Assembly (NCBI GenBank): GCA_964036045.1
Contig: OZ038379.1
Span: 11,594,001-11,658,000 of the forward strand
Direction: 5' to 3'
DNA length: 64,000 bases
Source: Eutreptiella sp. 'Long Island Sound 2002'
Lineage: Eukaryota > Protista > Euglenida
Shown: one piece after another, positions 11,493-20,402 of the stretch
Layout of the letters: each line of letters opens with the position of its first letter
Position numbering within the stretch: position 1 is the first letter of the stretch
Notes under the pieces: model-generated
The model's database searches: none
The model's input: the letters and a program-made list of their open reading frames with translations, nothing else
Told to the model about the DNA's origin: nothing
Made by a program: the position numbers and the translations under genes

Positions 11493-13211
11493 CGAGAAAA
11501 CCCGTGGCGGTATCGGGATGCCGTCGCGGGGATCGAACCACCGGGAGAGCAGAGGCCGACGTACCGGTGGTTGGCGCTTGAGTTTGAGTCGCACCGACGT
11601 GAGGAAGAACCCACAACACCTGTGGGTGTTGCAATTCGGGGTTGGAAGCCGTCTACGACGGCTGGATACGCGTCCAGTTTGCGAAGGTTGGGAGACCTTG
11701 AGGAATCCTTGGGAGAAGAGGGCAACTTGCCTTCCATCCTATCTCGGAAACTCGCTCAGCACGTTCAAAATGGTGGCAGCTCAAGTGGGGCGAGAGGCAT
11801 CATCTCGGTAGTGCGGGCTTGTGAAGACCTCCAAATGGTTGCAGGGGTCGTCAAACCACTGCATTGGCGGCTTGCTAAAGCGGGGGCCCAAGCGGGAGTC
11901 CAAGAATATGCAAGTCCTGTACTGCTGCGTCATTTGGTGGATAGAACGACTTCGGATGGCGAAAGGGCGGTCGTGGCAATGGCCCTGGTGTCATATGTTT
12001 GTTTTCTTAGAGTGGCGGAGGCTGCTAGCGTACGTGTTGGGGATGTACGTGACAGCAGTTATTTGGTTTTTTGGAATAGTAAGACAGGACATGAAGGGTG
12101 GCAGAGGAGGCCGGTGCCTCCTTGGGTCAGGCCGTTTGTTGAGTGGCTTCACGACTGGGCTGAGGGACGAGGGTGCGCCAGGGACGACTTGCTCTTTCCT
12201 GCAGGGGCTCCTCAGCTCGAGAAAACAATGGCGGACTTGGTGCGTGGGACGGCATGGTCCCGACATCGGTGGCACTGTTTCCGACGTGGAGGAGCTGCAG
12301 CGTGCTGGAAGAGAGGACCGGCCCTGCCTCATTTTAAATGGTGGGGCAGATGGGCAGCAACGGCGACGGCAATGGCGTATGCGCTTGGGTACCGAGATGA
12401 AGAGGTTGTGGCCCCGCTTTGTCTACCACAGGTTTGGGGTTCCGTATCAGCGGCAGCTTTCGCGGATCCGCAGCAAGTATGGGGAGACATCATGTTCGAT
12501 GAGCGGCATCAGGACAAAAACCGGCCGGTGTGGGGCCGGAGCGAGCGACGCCGAGCAGCGCCCAGTATGTTCAGGGGTAAGAGATTTGCAGGGGAACCGA
12601 GATCTGATGCGGCAGACTTGGGCAGTTCATCGGAGGACACGGGATCAGGAGTATCGGCCGATGATGGGCCGAGTGTGCGTTCGGGTGTCCGGAGGACTGC
12701 AGAGGTTGTTCCAGCGCCAGAGGCAAGAAGGAGTTCAAGAGCAGGACCGACGATGGGGAGGCCAGGTGTCGCTGAGCGGGGACTTGCGGGTCCTGCCGGT
12801 CCACTCCCCAGCGGGGGATCGGATGCCAGCGATGCAGCGAGTGCTGGGCAGCAAGTGCCCGGCAATGGAGGAGAGAGGGCAAAGTTCAGATTCACGGCGC
12901 CGCCGCCGGGACGACCAAAGGCGCCAACGAAGTCGGGGCCATGGCGGTCAGCCGCTGAGCCTGCCCGAGGGCACCGAGGAGTCAAGCGTACGGTGGGTGG
13001 CAGAGCCCTTTCAGTACCAGCAGGCCGGAAGGGTGGCGCGGCGGTGGCGGTGGCGACGCCTTCAACGAGACGCCCGGTTACCACAAGGGTGGCGGGAGCT
13101 ACACGACGACCGCGGCACAGCGATGGAGAGTCCGGACCGGGACGGAAGCGATCCAGGACTCTACCCAGTGGAGCCGGCAGCACCAGGGGGGGGGCTCGCC
13201 AGCAACGGTGA
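11493..13211 (+). CDS. Tyrosine recombinase with Arg/Gly/Ala-rich C-terminal tail; frame opens directly after the gag UGA and has no ATG before the conserved N-terminal region
   Basis: KPSTTAGYASSLRRL N-terminal motif; catalytic set FLRVAE (R, 12009), SKTG (K), HCFRRGGA (HxxR, 12273), WGRW (W), AMAY (Y, 12378). Confidence 0.92.
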   Translation, partial: RENPWRYRDAVAGIEPPGEQRPTYRWLALEFESHRREEEPTTPVGVAIRGWKPSTTAGYASSLRRLGDLEESLGEEGNLPSILSRKLAQHVQNGGSSSGARGIISVVRACEDLQMVAGVVKPLHWRLAKAGAQAGVQEYASPVLLRHLVDRTTSDGERAVVAMALVSYVCFLRVAEAASVRVGDVRDSSYLVFWNSKTGHEGWQRRPVPPWVRPFVEWLHDWAEGRGCARDDLLFPAGAPQLEKTMADLVRGTAWSRHRWHCFRRGGAAACWKRGPALPHFKWWGRWAATATAMAYALGYRDEEVVAPLCLPQVWGSVSAAAFADPQQVWGDIMFDERHQDKNRPVWGRSERRRAAPSMFRGKRFAGEPRSDAADLGSSSEDTGSGVSADDGPSVRSGVRRTAEVVPAPEARRSSRAGPTMGRPGVAERGLAGPAGPLPSGGSDASDAASAGQQVPGNGGERAKFRFTAPPPGRPKAPTKSGPWRSAAEPARGHRGVKRTVGGRALSVPAGRKGGAAVAVATPSTRRPVTTRVAGATRRPRHSDGESGPGRKRSRTLPSGAGSTRGGARQQR

Positions 13212-15150
13212 CCAGCCCCTGGGCTCCCCCTTGAGAGTGCCTGGGATTCTGGGGGGTTGGGTGGGCACGGAGGCTGGCCTGCATCTTAAAGGTGGAATTC
13301 TCCTGACCATCATGGCTGTGCTGACCCAACACTTCTGGTGGCTCAAGTGTAGGCTACAGTGTGCAGTAGGGGTTCTGGTGCGTCGTCTGTGGATACTGTT
13401 GAATCACATTATTTCTGTTTGTGAGGACTTTCGGTTGGATGAGCCACTGGGGATTTGCCTGATGGCAGTACAGTACCTCTCGCCAGGGGTTTGGGATTCT
13501 GTTAATCACCTCTCCACCTCTCCCAAGCCTAGGGAAGCGAAGGTCACCCCGGAGATTTTGGAGGCTGGTATAGGTAATGTGGGGTGCTATGCGATGTCTG
13601 AAGCGGAATGGGATGCTGCGGTGCCCCCGGAGTTTTTGGAATTCATGAGAACTTTTGATCTGCGGGAGGCTGACAGGGGAAATGGGAGGGTGCGAGCAAC
13701 GGTGAGTGGAATGACGGACGCCATTCGAAGGACTGGTGTTTTACATGATGAATCACCCTCTCTACCGCCAACCTGTTTTCCTTTTGTAATACCCAAAAAT
13801 GATATTAAGTGCTCCTTGATTTTAAGTTGCGTGGGTATTCACAGGGGATTGCATCTCAAGCCACCAAAGTTTTCACTAGCGTCTTGGGAGGGAATAGGTA
13901 GATGGATGGCGGAGCAGCCGGCTGGGGTGGAACTGTACGGTACTCATATCGACCTCTCTAATGCCTTCTGGTCGTTCCTGTTACCCAGAAAAGCGAGGCG
14001 AATTTTCCGCTTCTTTACCCACCAGAAGGGGGGGCTCGTGTCGCTGGACCGCCTCCCGTTTGGGTGGGCCTTTTCGCCCTATCTGTGTCAGGAGATATTG
14101 GGGCGGGTGGTGGGAGATGCAGTGCCGGATGGGGTCTTTTTGGTGCATTACTTGGATGACTTTATTTTGTTATCCAGCGACAAACCCCTGCTTGGGACAA
14201 CCACGAGTCACTTGAAAGATCGTATCGTGCGGGCGGGATTCTTGGTTAGTGCTAAGAGCACACTGAGCCCCGTCCAGAAGCTACAGGCCTTGGGGAAGGT
14301 GGTTGATTTGAAAGAACGTTCCATCCAAGTGCAGCCTTTTGTGTTCCTCCAGTTCCTGGTTGCGTGGTTGCGACTGGCCACGGGGGGGTACTCGAAGCGG
14401 CGGCTGGACAAGCTGCTGGGTACCCTGCAGTGGCATTTGCGGCCACGACGCGGGTTTTCAGGGGTGCTCGCAGGAGCGTATGCCTGGTCGAGATTTGGAC
14501 CGGAAAGGGCGCCAGCCACCCCTGTTAAAGTGTTGGAGGGATTGGCGACAGCAATTGCGCGCATAGGCCAGAAGTGGAGACCGCTGTCGGAGTCGCGCAT
14601 GCGAAGGGTATGGCAGCTGGGAGGTTGGTGCCTCTCTGAAAGGCCGGCATCTAGAGGCGATTTGTTTGGGGCTGTGATATTGGTGGATGCCGCCAAAGAC
14701 GGTGTTTGCTACAGGGTGGGTGGTGTGTTGCCTGCTAACCAGTCTGTGCGAACATGGGTATGCCCGGACGGACCCTGTAACCAGCAGGTGGCGGAGCTCA
14801 TGGGCATAGCGTGGGCGGTGAGATTGGCGGTGCGGTTGGGTTGGAAGGTTTTCACTGTCTTCGCCGACAGTATGGTGGGCATTGCTCAGGTGAGGGGTTT
14901 GAAGGCAGCATCCCATCTGCGTACCCAGTTGCGTGTGTTGCGCGCACTGACGTGGGTGCTGTATAACACAGGAGTGATAGTACGTCTAATTTGGGTGCCG
15001 TCAGAGCTTCATCCTGCCGATCCAATGAGTCGAGTGGACATGGATTTCGGGGGGCGGGTGCACCAAGCTGAGTTGGAGGCGTGGGAGAGATGGCGAGTAT
15101 TGCAGAAGTATCCTGAACTCTGCTGGGTGCAAGGCCTAGCTTATGTATGA
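11821..15150 (+). CDS. Reverse transcriptase / RNase H ORF (conserved core ~13750-15060; true start uncertain, candidate ATGs 11908 and 13123)
   Basis: FVIPK, IDLSNAFWSF, LPFGWAFSP, YLDD (14149-14160); RNase H VDAAK, QQVAELMG, FADS, WVPSELHPADPMSR. Confidence 0.93.
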   Translation: MKTSKWLQGSSNHCIGGLLKRGPKRESKNMQVLYCCVIWWIERLRMAKGRSWQWPWCHMFVFLEWRRLLAYVLGMYVTAVIWFFGIVRQDMKGGRGGRCLLGSGRLLSGFTTGLRDEGAPGTTCSFLQGLLSSRKQWRTWCVGRHGPDIGGTVSDVEELQRAGREDRPCLILNGGADGQQRRRQWRMRLGTEMKRLWPRFVYHRFGVPYQRQLSRIRSKYGETSCSMSGIRTKTGRCGAGASDAEQRPVCSGVRDLQGNRDLMRQTWAVHRRTRDQEYRPMMGRVCVRVSGGLQRLFQRQRQEGVQEQDRRWGGQVSLSGDLRVLPVHSPAGDRMPAMQRVLGSKCPAMEERGQSSDSRRRRRDDQRRQRSRGHGGQPLSLPEGTEESSVRWVAEPFQYQQAGRVARRWRWRRLQRDARLPQGWRELHDDRGTAMESPDRDGSDPGLYPVEPAAPGGGLASNGDQPLGSPLRVPGILGGWVGTEAGLHLKGGILLTIMAVLTQHFWWLKCRLQCAVGVLVRRLWILLNHIISVCEDFRLDEPLGICLMAVQYLSPGVWDSVNHLSTSPKPREAKVTPEILEAGIGNVGCYAMSEAEWDAAVPPEFLEFMRTFDLREADRGNGRVRATVSGMTDAIRRTGVLHDESPSLPPTCFPFVIPKNDIKCSLILSCVGIHRGLHLKPPKFSLASWEGIGRWMAEQPAGVELYGTHIDLSNAFWSFLLPRKARRIFRFFTHQKGGLVSLDRLPFGWAFSPYLCQEILGRVVGDAVPDGVFLVHYLDDFILLSSDKPLLGTTTSHLKDRIVRAGFLVSAKSTLSPVQKLQALGKVVDLKERSIQVQPFVFLQFLVAWLRLATGGYSKRRLDKLLGTLQWHLRPRRGFSGVLAGAYAWSRFGPERAPATPVKVLEGLATAIARIGQKWRPLSESRMRRVWQLGGWCLSERPASRGDLFGAVILVDAAKDGVCYRVGGVLPANQSVRTWVCPDGPCNQQVAELMGIAWAVRLAVRLGWKVFTVFADSMVGIAQVRGLKAASHLRTQLRVLRALTWVLYNTGVIVRLIWVPSELHPADPMSRVDMDFGGRVHQAELEAWERWRVLQKYPELCWVQGLAYV

Positions 15151-15201
15151 CGCCCACCTGGGTCGCGCCGCGGGTGTCAGAAGCCAGCCTGGTAAAGCTT
15201 T

Positions 15202-15333
15202 CCAGTGAGCCGAGGCAAGCATTGTTTAGTATTGTTTCGTGCATGCACTAGGGTTAAACTCGTGTTTTGAGCTTGCTCAAAACACTGGTTTAACTTAATT
15301 ACCTCTTCATTAGGCATTTGTCAGTTTGTTCCC
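15202..15333 (+). repeat. Internal B1-A2 junction (B1 15202-15257, A2 15259-15333), equivalent to the circle junction
   Basis: B1 is identical to 15722-15777 and A2 matches 10732-10806; the junction reads gggttaaa-CT-cgtg. Confidence 0.93.
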
Positions 15334-15721
15334 CCCCCCCCCCACCCCCTGCCACTAATCGGGGCGGGTTTCTGCCACACTTCATAGCTGTTTTGTGGAG
15401 TGGGAGCGGTGGGATGTCCAGCTTAAGAGCGACAGTAGTGGGCGCAGGGGGGGGGGTTTGAAGGTGAGAGGGTGGCCTGCTCTGACCCCACCCACCCACC
15501 CCCTGCCGCGATTGAGTTGCATCCGCGCATGACCAGCTATGATGGGCAGGGACGGGGCACTGTATGTTGAATGTATCTTTGCTTTCGTCGGCGGGACATG
15601 ACAGAATACGCGGGTGAGTGAGTGCGTGAACGTGTGGGTATTGGTCGGGTCCCCTGCGGGGAGGCGAACGCTGTCGGTCACAACGATGTTATACTGGCCA
15701 CTACGGTGGCAACTGAACAGG

Positions 15722-15777
15722 CCAGTGAGCCGAGGCAAGCATTGTTTAGTATTGTTTCGTGCATGCACTAGGGTTAA
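15722..15777 (+). repeat. Split direct repeat B2 (56 bp), right end of the element
   Basis: Identical to 15202-15257. Confidence 0.95.
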
Positions 15778-15778
15778 G

Positions 15779-16120
15779 CTTAAGGTTTTGTATTTGTCTC
15801 TTGAAGCAAGGATGAACATAAACCATCCGAGTGTCACGCATCATGAAGCTTTGAGGACATGGATGGGCTGCATGTGTCTCACCCGCATATTGTGCTTTGG
15901 AATCAACGCAAAATGATGGAGTGCAAGCACCGATGTTAGTAGCAAGTGTCATAAAGTTCAATTGCATAGTACGTAGGTGTTTGCCCTCATGCTGTAAATG
16001 CTAAAGGGAGGGCATTTCAATACTTTTGCACCCACCGTAAACCCAATTGTCTGCTCGTGCCGCTACTCCGCAGCTACTCCGCAAAAGTTCTTGTGTCATG
16101 ACGCTACGCTTGTTAGTTCA
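15779..16120 (-). repeat. Right arm of long inverted repeat, outer part
   Basis: Reverse complement of 6599-6940 (cttaaggttttg...cttgttagttca). Confidence 0.95.
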
Positions 16121-16299
16121 CAAAATCATTGTTTTCCATTATTTAAATTATGTATTATGTATGTTCATGTATTACATATTATTCATTTCGTTTATTTACA
16201 TGTAAAACGTGCAAGTAACCCGTTTTACCGGCACGAAAACGGGCTATTAACCCGTTTTTCTCGGCCATGTAACCCGTTTTACTGCCGAAAAAATAGGTG

Positions 16300-16872
16300 C
16301 TGTTTCTATTTTGTTTTTGGTTGCAAAGGCAATGCCATAGACTCCGGGTACCATGGACGCATCCCTACAACCCTTGGACTCGAGTCCGGAGACTCCACCC
16401 CAATAGGCTATGGTCCGACAGTCCAATCCCCCATCGTCCTCAGCATATGTATGCCTTGCAACAGAAGACATATTAAGGATGACTCTATGTATCTGGCATA
16501 TTCATCACCAAGACCATGTCTTATGTGACTGCACTACATTTGGTACCGAATTCAAGTAGGTTTGAAATAAATACGGTCCCTACTTACTGTGGCATGGACA
16601 AGGGCGTGGCTATGACAAAGGCGAGGGGTACCTTGTTTGACACAGCCACCTACCATGAGCTGCTGCATCACTACTACGGAAACCTACTATGGAAAGGCAC
16701 ACAAACGGTGTTGTTTCTATTTTGTTCCTAGTTGCAAAGGCAATGCCTCAGACTCCGGGTACCATGGACGCATCCCTACAACCCTTGGACTCGAGTCCGG
16801 AGACTCCACCCCAATAGGCTATGGTTCGACAGTCCAATCCCCCATCGTCCTCAGCATATGTTTGCCTTGCAA
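16300..16872 (+). repeat. ~160-bp direct repeat, two copies (~16300-16460 and ~16711-16872)
   Basis: gttgcaaaggcaatgcc..agactccgggtaccatggacgc...cctcagcatatgt.tgccttgcaac occurs twice. Confidence 0.9.
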
Positions 16873-17290
16873 CGCCAAGCGCAGGGAGCAAAAATTCAGA
16901 AGTGGTCCCCAACAAAGGGGAGCAAAATCAGAAGTGGCTACCTCACCCCTGCCTTCTCGGGGGCCAAAAAGGGGGCGGAAATGCTATGGTGCCCCTGCAT
17001 TCTCGGGGATCCCCAACGCCAAGCGCGGGGAGCAAAAATTCAGAAGTGGTCACCAACAAAGGGGAACAAAATCAGAAGTGGCTACCTCACCCCTGCCTTC
17101 TCGGGGGCCCAAAAGAGGGCGGGTATGCTTTGTCACCCCATTCTCGGGGATCCCCAACACCAAGCGCGGGGAGCAAAAATTCAGAAGTGGTCCCCAATAA
17201 AGTAGAACTAAATCAGAAGTGGCTACCTCACCCCTGCCTTCATGGGGGCCCAAAAGAGGGTGACGTATTCTTTGTGGCGTTTTGGCGACA
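16870..17290 (+). repeat. ~141-144 bp tandem repeat, 3 copies
   Basis: Units start at 16870, 17014 and 17155 (caac.ccaagcgc.gggagcaaaaattcagaagtgg...). Confidence 0.92.
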
Positions 17291-20200
17291 TTCTCGAATC
17301 CCCTCTTAATTCCATTTGAGTCCACACGGGCAAGGGAATGGTGACACAAGTGGGCGGTCAGGTTCACGCAAGCCGGGGGTCAGAACCCGCTCCCCAGTCG
17401 CCACGTGTGAAACCGAAACAGGGCATTCCCGCAGACATACAAATGAACCCACGAGGCACACGCAGAGCGTTGCTAAAGGGTGGGGCTGAGCTGTGCGGGG
17501 GGGACCCCAACCCCGCAGAGGATTGTGAGGCCTTTGTCTTCACATGGGACGGGGCACAACAAACCCGACTGAAACCCCCCGTTCCCAGAAGACCAACAAA
17601 TGCCATACTACTGCAGCTGTACATTGGGGGGGGGGGGGGTGGCAGGACAGGGCAGACAGGGGACTAGGGCCCGAACCCACTCCCATGTCCCATCTCCACC
17701 CGCGCTTCTTATTGCCATCCCTGACCGTCCTTGTCGGCCAATGGACAATGCGGCCCAATCACTTACCGGGGGCTTTGGGGGGGGTGTTAGATCCCCCCCA
17801 CCCCACCCCCCACCCGCGAGATGTTGAGTTGTGAAGCAAAATTCTGGGCACCCGCCTAAAATGGTAAAAAAAAATCAACCAATTGAAGACAGCCTTTGAC
17901 GAAGGTGTGGGGGTCTGTAAAGGGGGGACGGGGTGCGGACGTACTCCGCGGCCGCCATCTCCATCGTGGCTAAGCGCCAGTGAACATCAAAGCCCAGAGG
18001 AACCCACGCCCACGGCAGGTATTCGTCTCCGCAAAGCACGGGGTCTCTGGGGCTGAGGTGATCGTACAGTCGACGTGCTCCAGGACCCCTACAAGCTGCC
18101 CCATGACTGCCAAGCGGTGGATACCGATGCCTTCGACTTCATCCAGCGTCATCTCAAAGCACGACCAACCCTAGGTGCACCCGGGGGGCCTCTACCAGAG
18201 ATGTATTGGATATACTGGATCCTTGTATGGTCCCCCTGACCCCGGCGTCAAAGGTGCCAGAAAAAAATTTTTAAGCTTAAATCCTGTTGCACCAAAGGCG
18301 CAGAAGAAAATTCTGCCTCAAACAGTGGAACGGGAGGAGGGGCGGGGGGGGGGGGGGAGAGGGGTCCAGCCGGGGGGGGGGGGGATCCCCCCTCCTCCGA
18401 CGGTAAACGGTCGTTCTAATACATCCCTGGCCTTTACACCATCTCCAGCAGATGCCTGTACATCAGCCCCCTCTCTTTCTGGCCCTCTTTCTGAAGGTCA
18501 TGCCGTGCCCATTGCTGCACCCCTGCGCAACCCCATGCTGCGCCCTTGCGCCACCTTGCCCTGCGCCCCTTCGCGGTCCCACCCTGCGCCCCTGCGCAGC
18601 TCTGCACTGTGCCCCAAGAATTTGTACGCTGCCCCCGTGTGCGCCTTTCTGGTGCGGTCCTTCAGGTTTCGACGCAGAGTGGCTTCCTATGAGCAGCCAT
18701 CTTCACGATCCGCCTCCTGTAGCATGGACTGCAAGCCGTTCCGAATTGGTACCGCCTGCTTGCTCCGCTCGCATGTCCCATCGCCAACTGTAACCCCTCT
18801 TCCAGGACCCCAGGGTCAGTCCTCCTCCACCACGGATTTGCACGTGGGCTGTGCATCCGCCGGCTCCATTCTTCGCCTGAGAAGAGCGGGTGTGCGACTG
18901 AGAGACAGGGGGTTCCTTCGAAGACCTCTGGTATTTGTGGTCTCCCCCCCCCGGCCCAGAACCGTCCCCCACCCTCTTCCCTTTGCTCAGTGCCGAGTGT
19001 GCGCATTGGCGTTGCTTGCCGATGCTTTTGAGGTCTACCACGTTTTTGGGGGGTTCTTTTGACCCCCTCCCCTGAGTTTTGCTTAAAAGGGGGCGCGGGG
19101 GGTCTGGAACCCAAAAGTCCAACAGTTTGTGTACCAAAAAAATTAGCCCAAATCAATATTTCCTGTTGTACATTTCACTTTTTTCCCACAATGTTTCAAA
19201 TCGCATCACTGGCTTCTGTAGGTTTGTCAGATGCTGCCTGTCAAAAAAATCAACCTCCTAACGCTTTGACGGCACTATTAACCGCAAAAGCCAGGTACCA
19301 CATGACTACGCGTATAAAGGCAACTTTTTTGGGACGAAATTTGAATATGTGCTCGCAATGTTGATGCTTCTTATGAACAGATATGCAAGTTGCAAAGCTC
19401 CAAGATCATGAAATCATGGGTGTTGGTCAAATCGGGTCCGAGAGGGAGGGGTGTTAGCCCCCCCCCCCCCCCCCAAGGAGATGCTGAGTTGTTAAGCAAA
19501 ACTCTGCCCCTCCCCCACAAAAAAATTCTTAATGAATTGCTGCCATGACCTGCCACCCCTCGAGAAAATGGTGGGCTAACAGCGGTGTCCGAAAATGGCT
19601 AAGATCGCCAAAAATTAATCCAAATAACGCTGTGCAAAAACGGCCGAAACGCCTGAAAACAATACAACTACCGCCATCCGAAAACGGCCAAAGCTGTGTC
19701 TGCGGCATATTGCACATCACCGGTCCCGCCCCCGCTCAGGCGCAAGATGTGAAGCCAATGGGTGTCCGTTTGTGGCTGTTGTGGAATCCGGGGATATCCG
19801 TGGCCTCCTGTTAAATCGGACACGAGCGTGCGGTACCGCCTTTGCTGGAAAAGATCACGGAAAGGCGTGCCAAGTGGTGCCGGCAACAATGATCACTTGG
19901 CAATGATCATCGCGGCATCATGGCAGGGGGTGGTGTCTTCTATGCATGTTGAATTTGTGTTTTGCTTTGCGCTGCCTATGTTACCAATGCAACCTAAGTC
20001 TTGAGACTTGTCTCACCCCGCCCCCGCCCCCCCCTCTGGCAACATTCGGAACTGGTTGGCAATGGCCATATGCCTTGGGTGCTGTGGACGGGAGTCCCCA
20101 AGAAACTGGTGCACAAATTGCTTAACCAGTTTGCTGCCCCAATAGCACAGCAACCCGTACCTTCAACATGTGACCACGCACCATGTTCAAAGCTCATATA

Positions 20201-20402
20201 TGAAGGTGCGTAGTCTTGCCGCATTCATGTGAGTGGTACTCGTCGTGTGCCCACAGGTAACACAGTCCCCTCTACGCTTCGAGGTGTGTTGCCGAAGGCA
20301 ATAGAGGTTTGGTTCGGCGCCTTTGGCCCCGGATTTCATGGCGAGTGCTGCATCGATGGTGGTTGGCGGTCAACGGCAGTGGCGGCAGGCGTTCACACCA
20401 CG

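Larger units (their letters stand above)
10732..15780 (+). mobile_element. Tyrosine-recombinase (DIRS-order) retrotransposon, VIPER/TATE-like order gag-YR-RT/RNase H, with split direct repeats A1...B1-A2...B2
   Basis: YR and RT/RH catalytic motifs, split direct repeats, and boundaries fixed by comparison with the empty site in the left inverted-repeat arm; no conventional TSD, only a shared CT dinucleotide. Confidence 0.92.

Noticed and set aside
6579-16162. 17-bp direct repeat aattatgtattatgtat near both outer ends of the inverted repeat, as a possible TSD
   Set aside because: Not flush with the termini (3 bp and 25 bp away) and AT-rich simple sequence.
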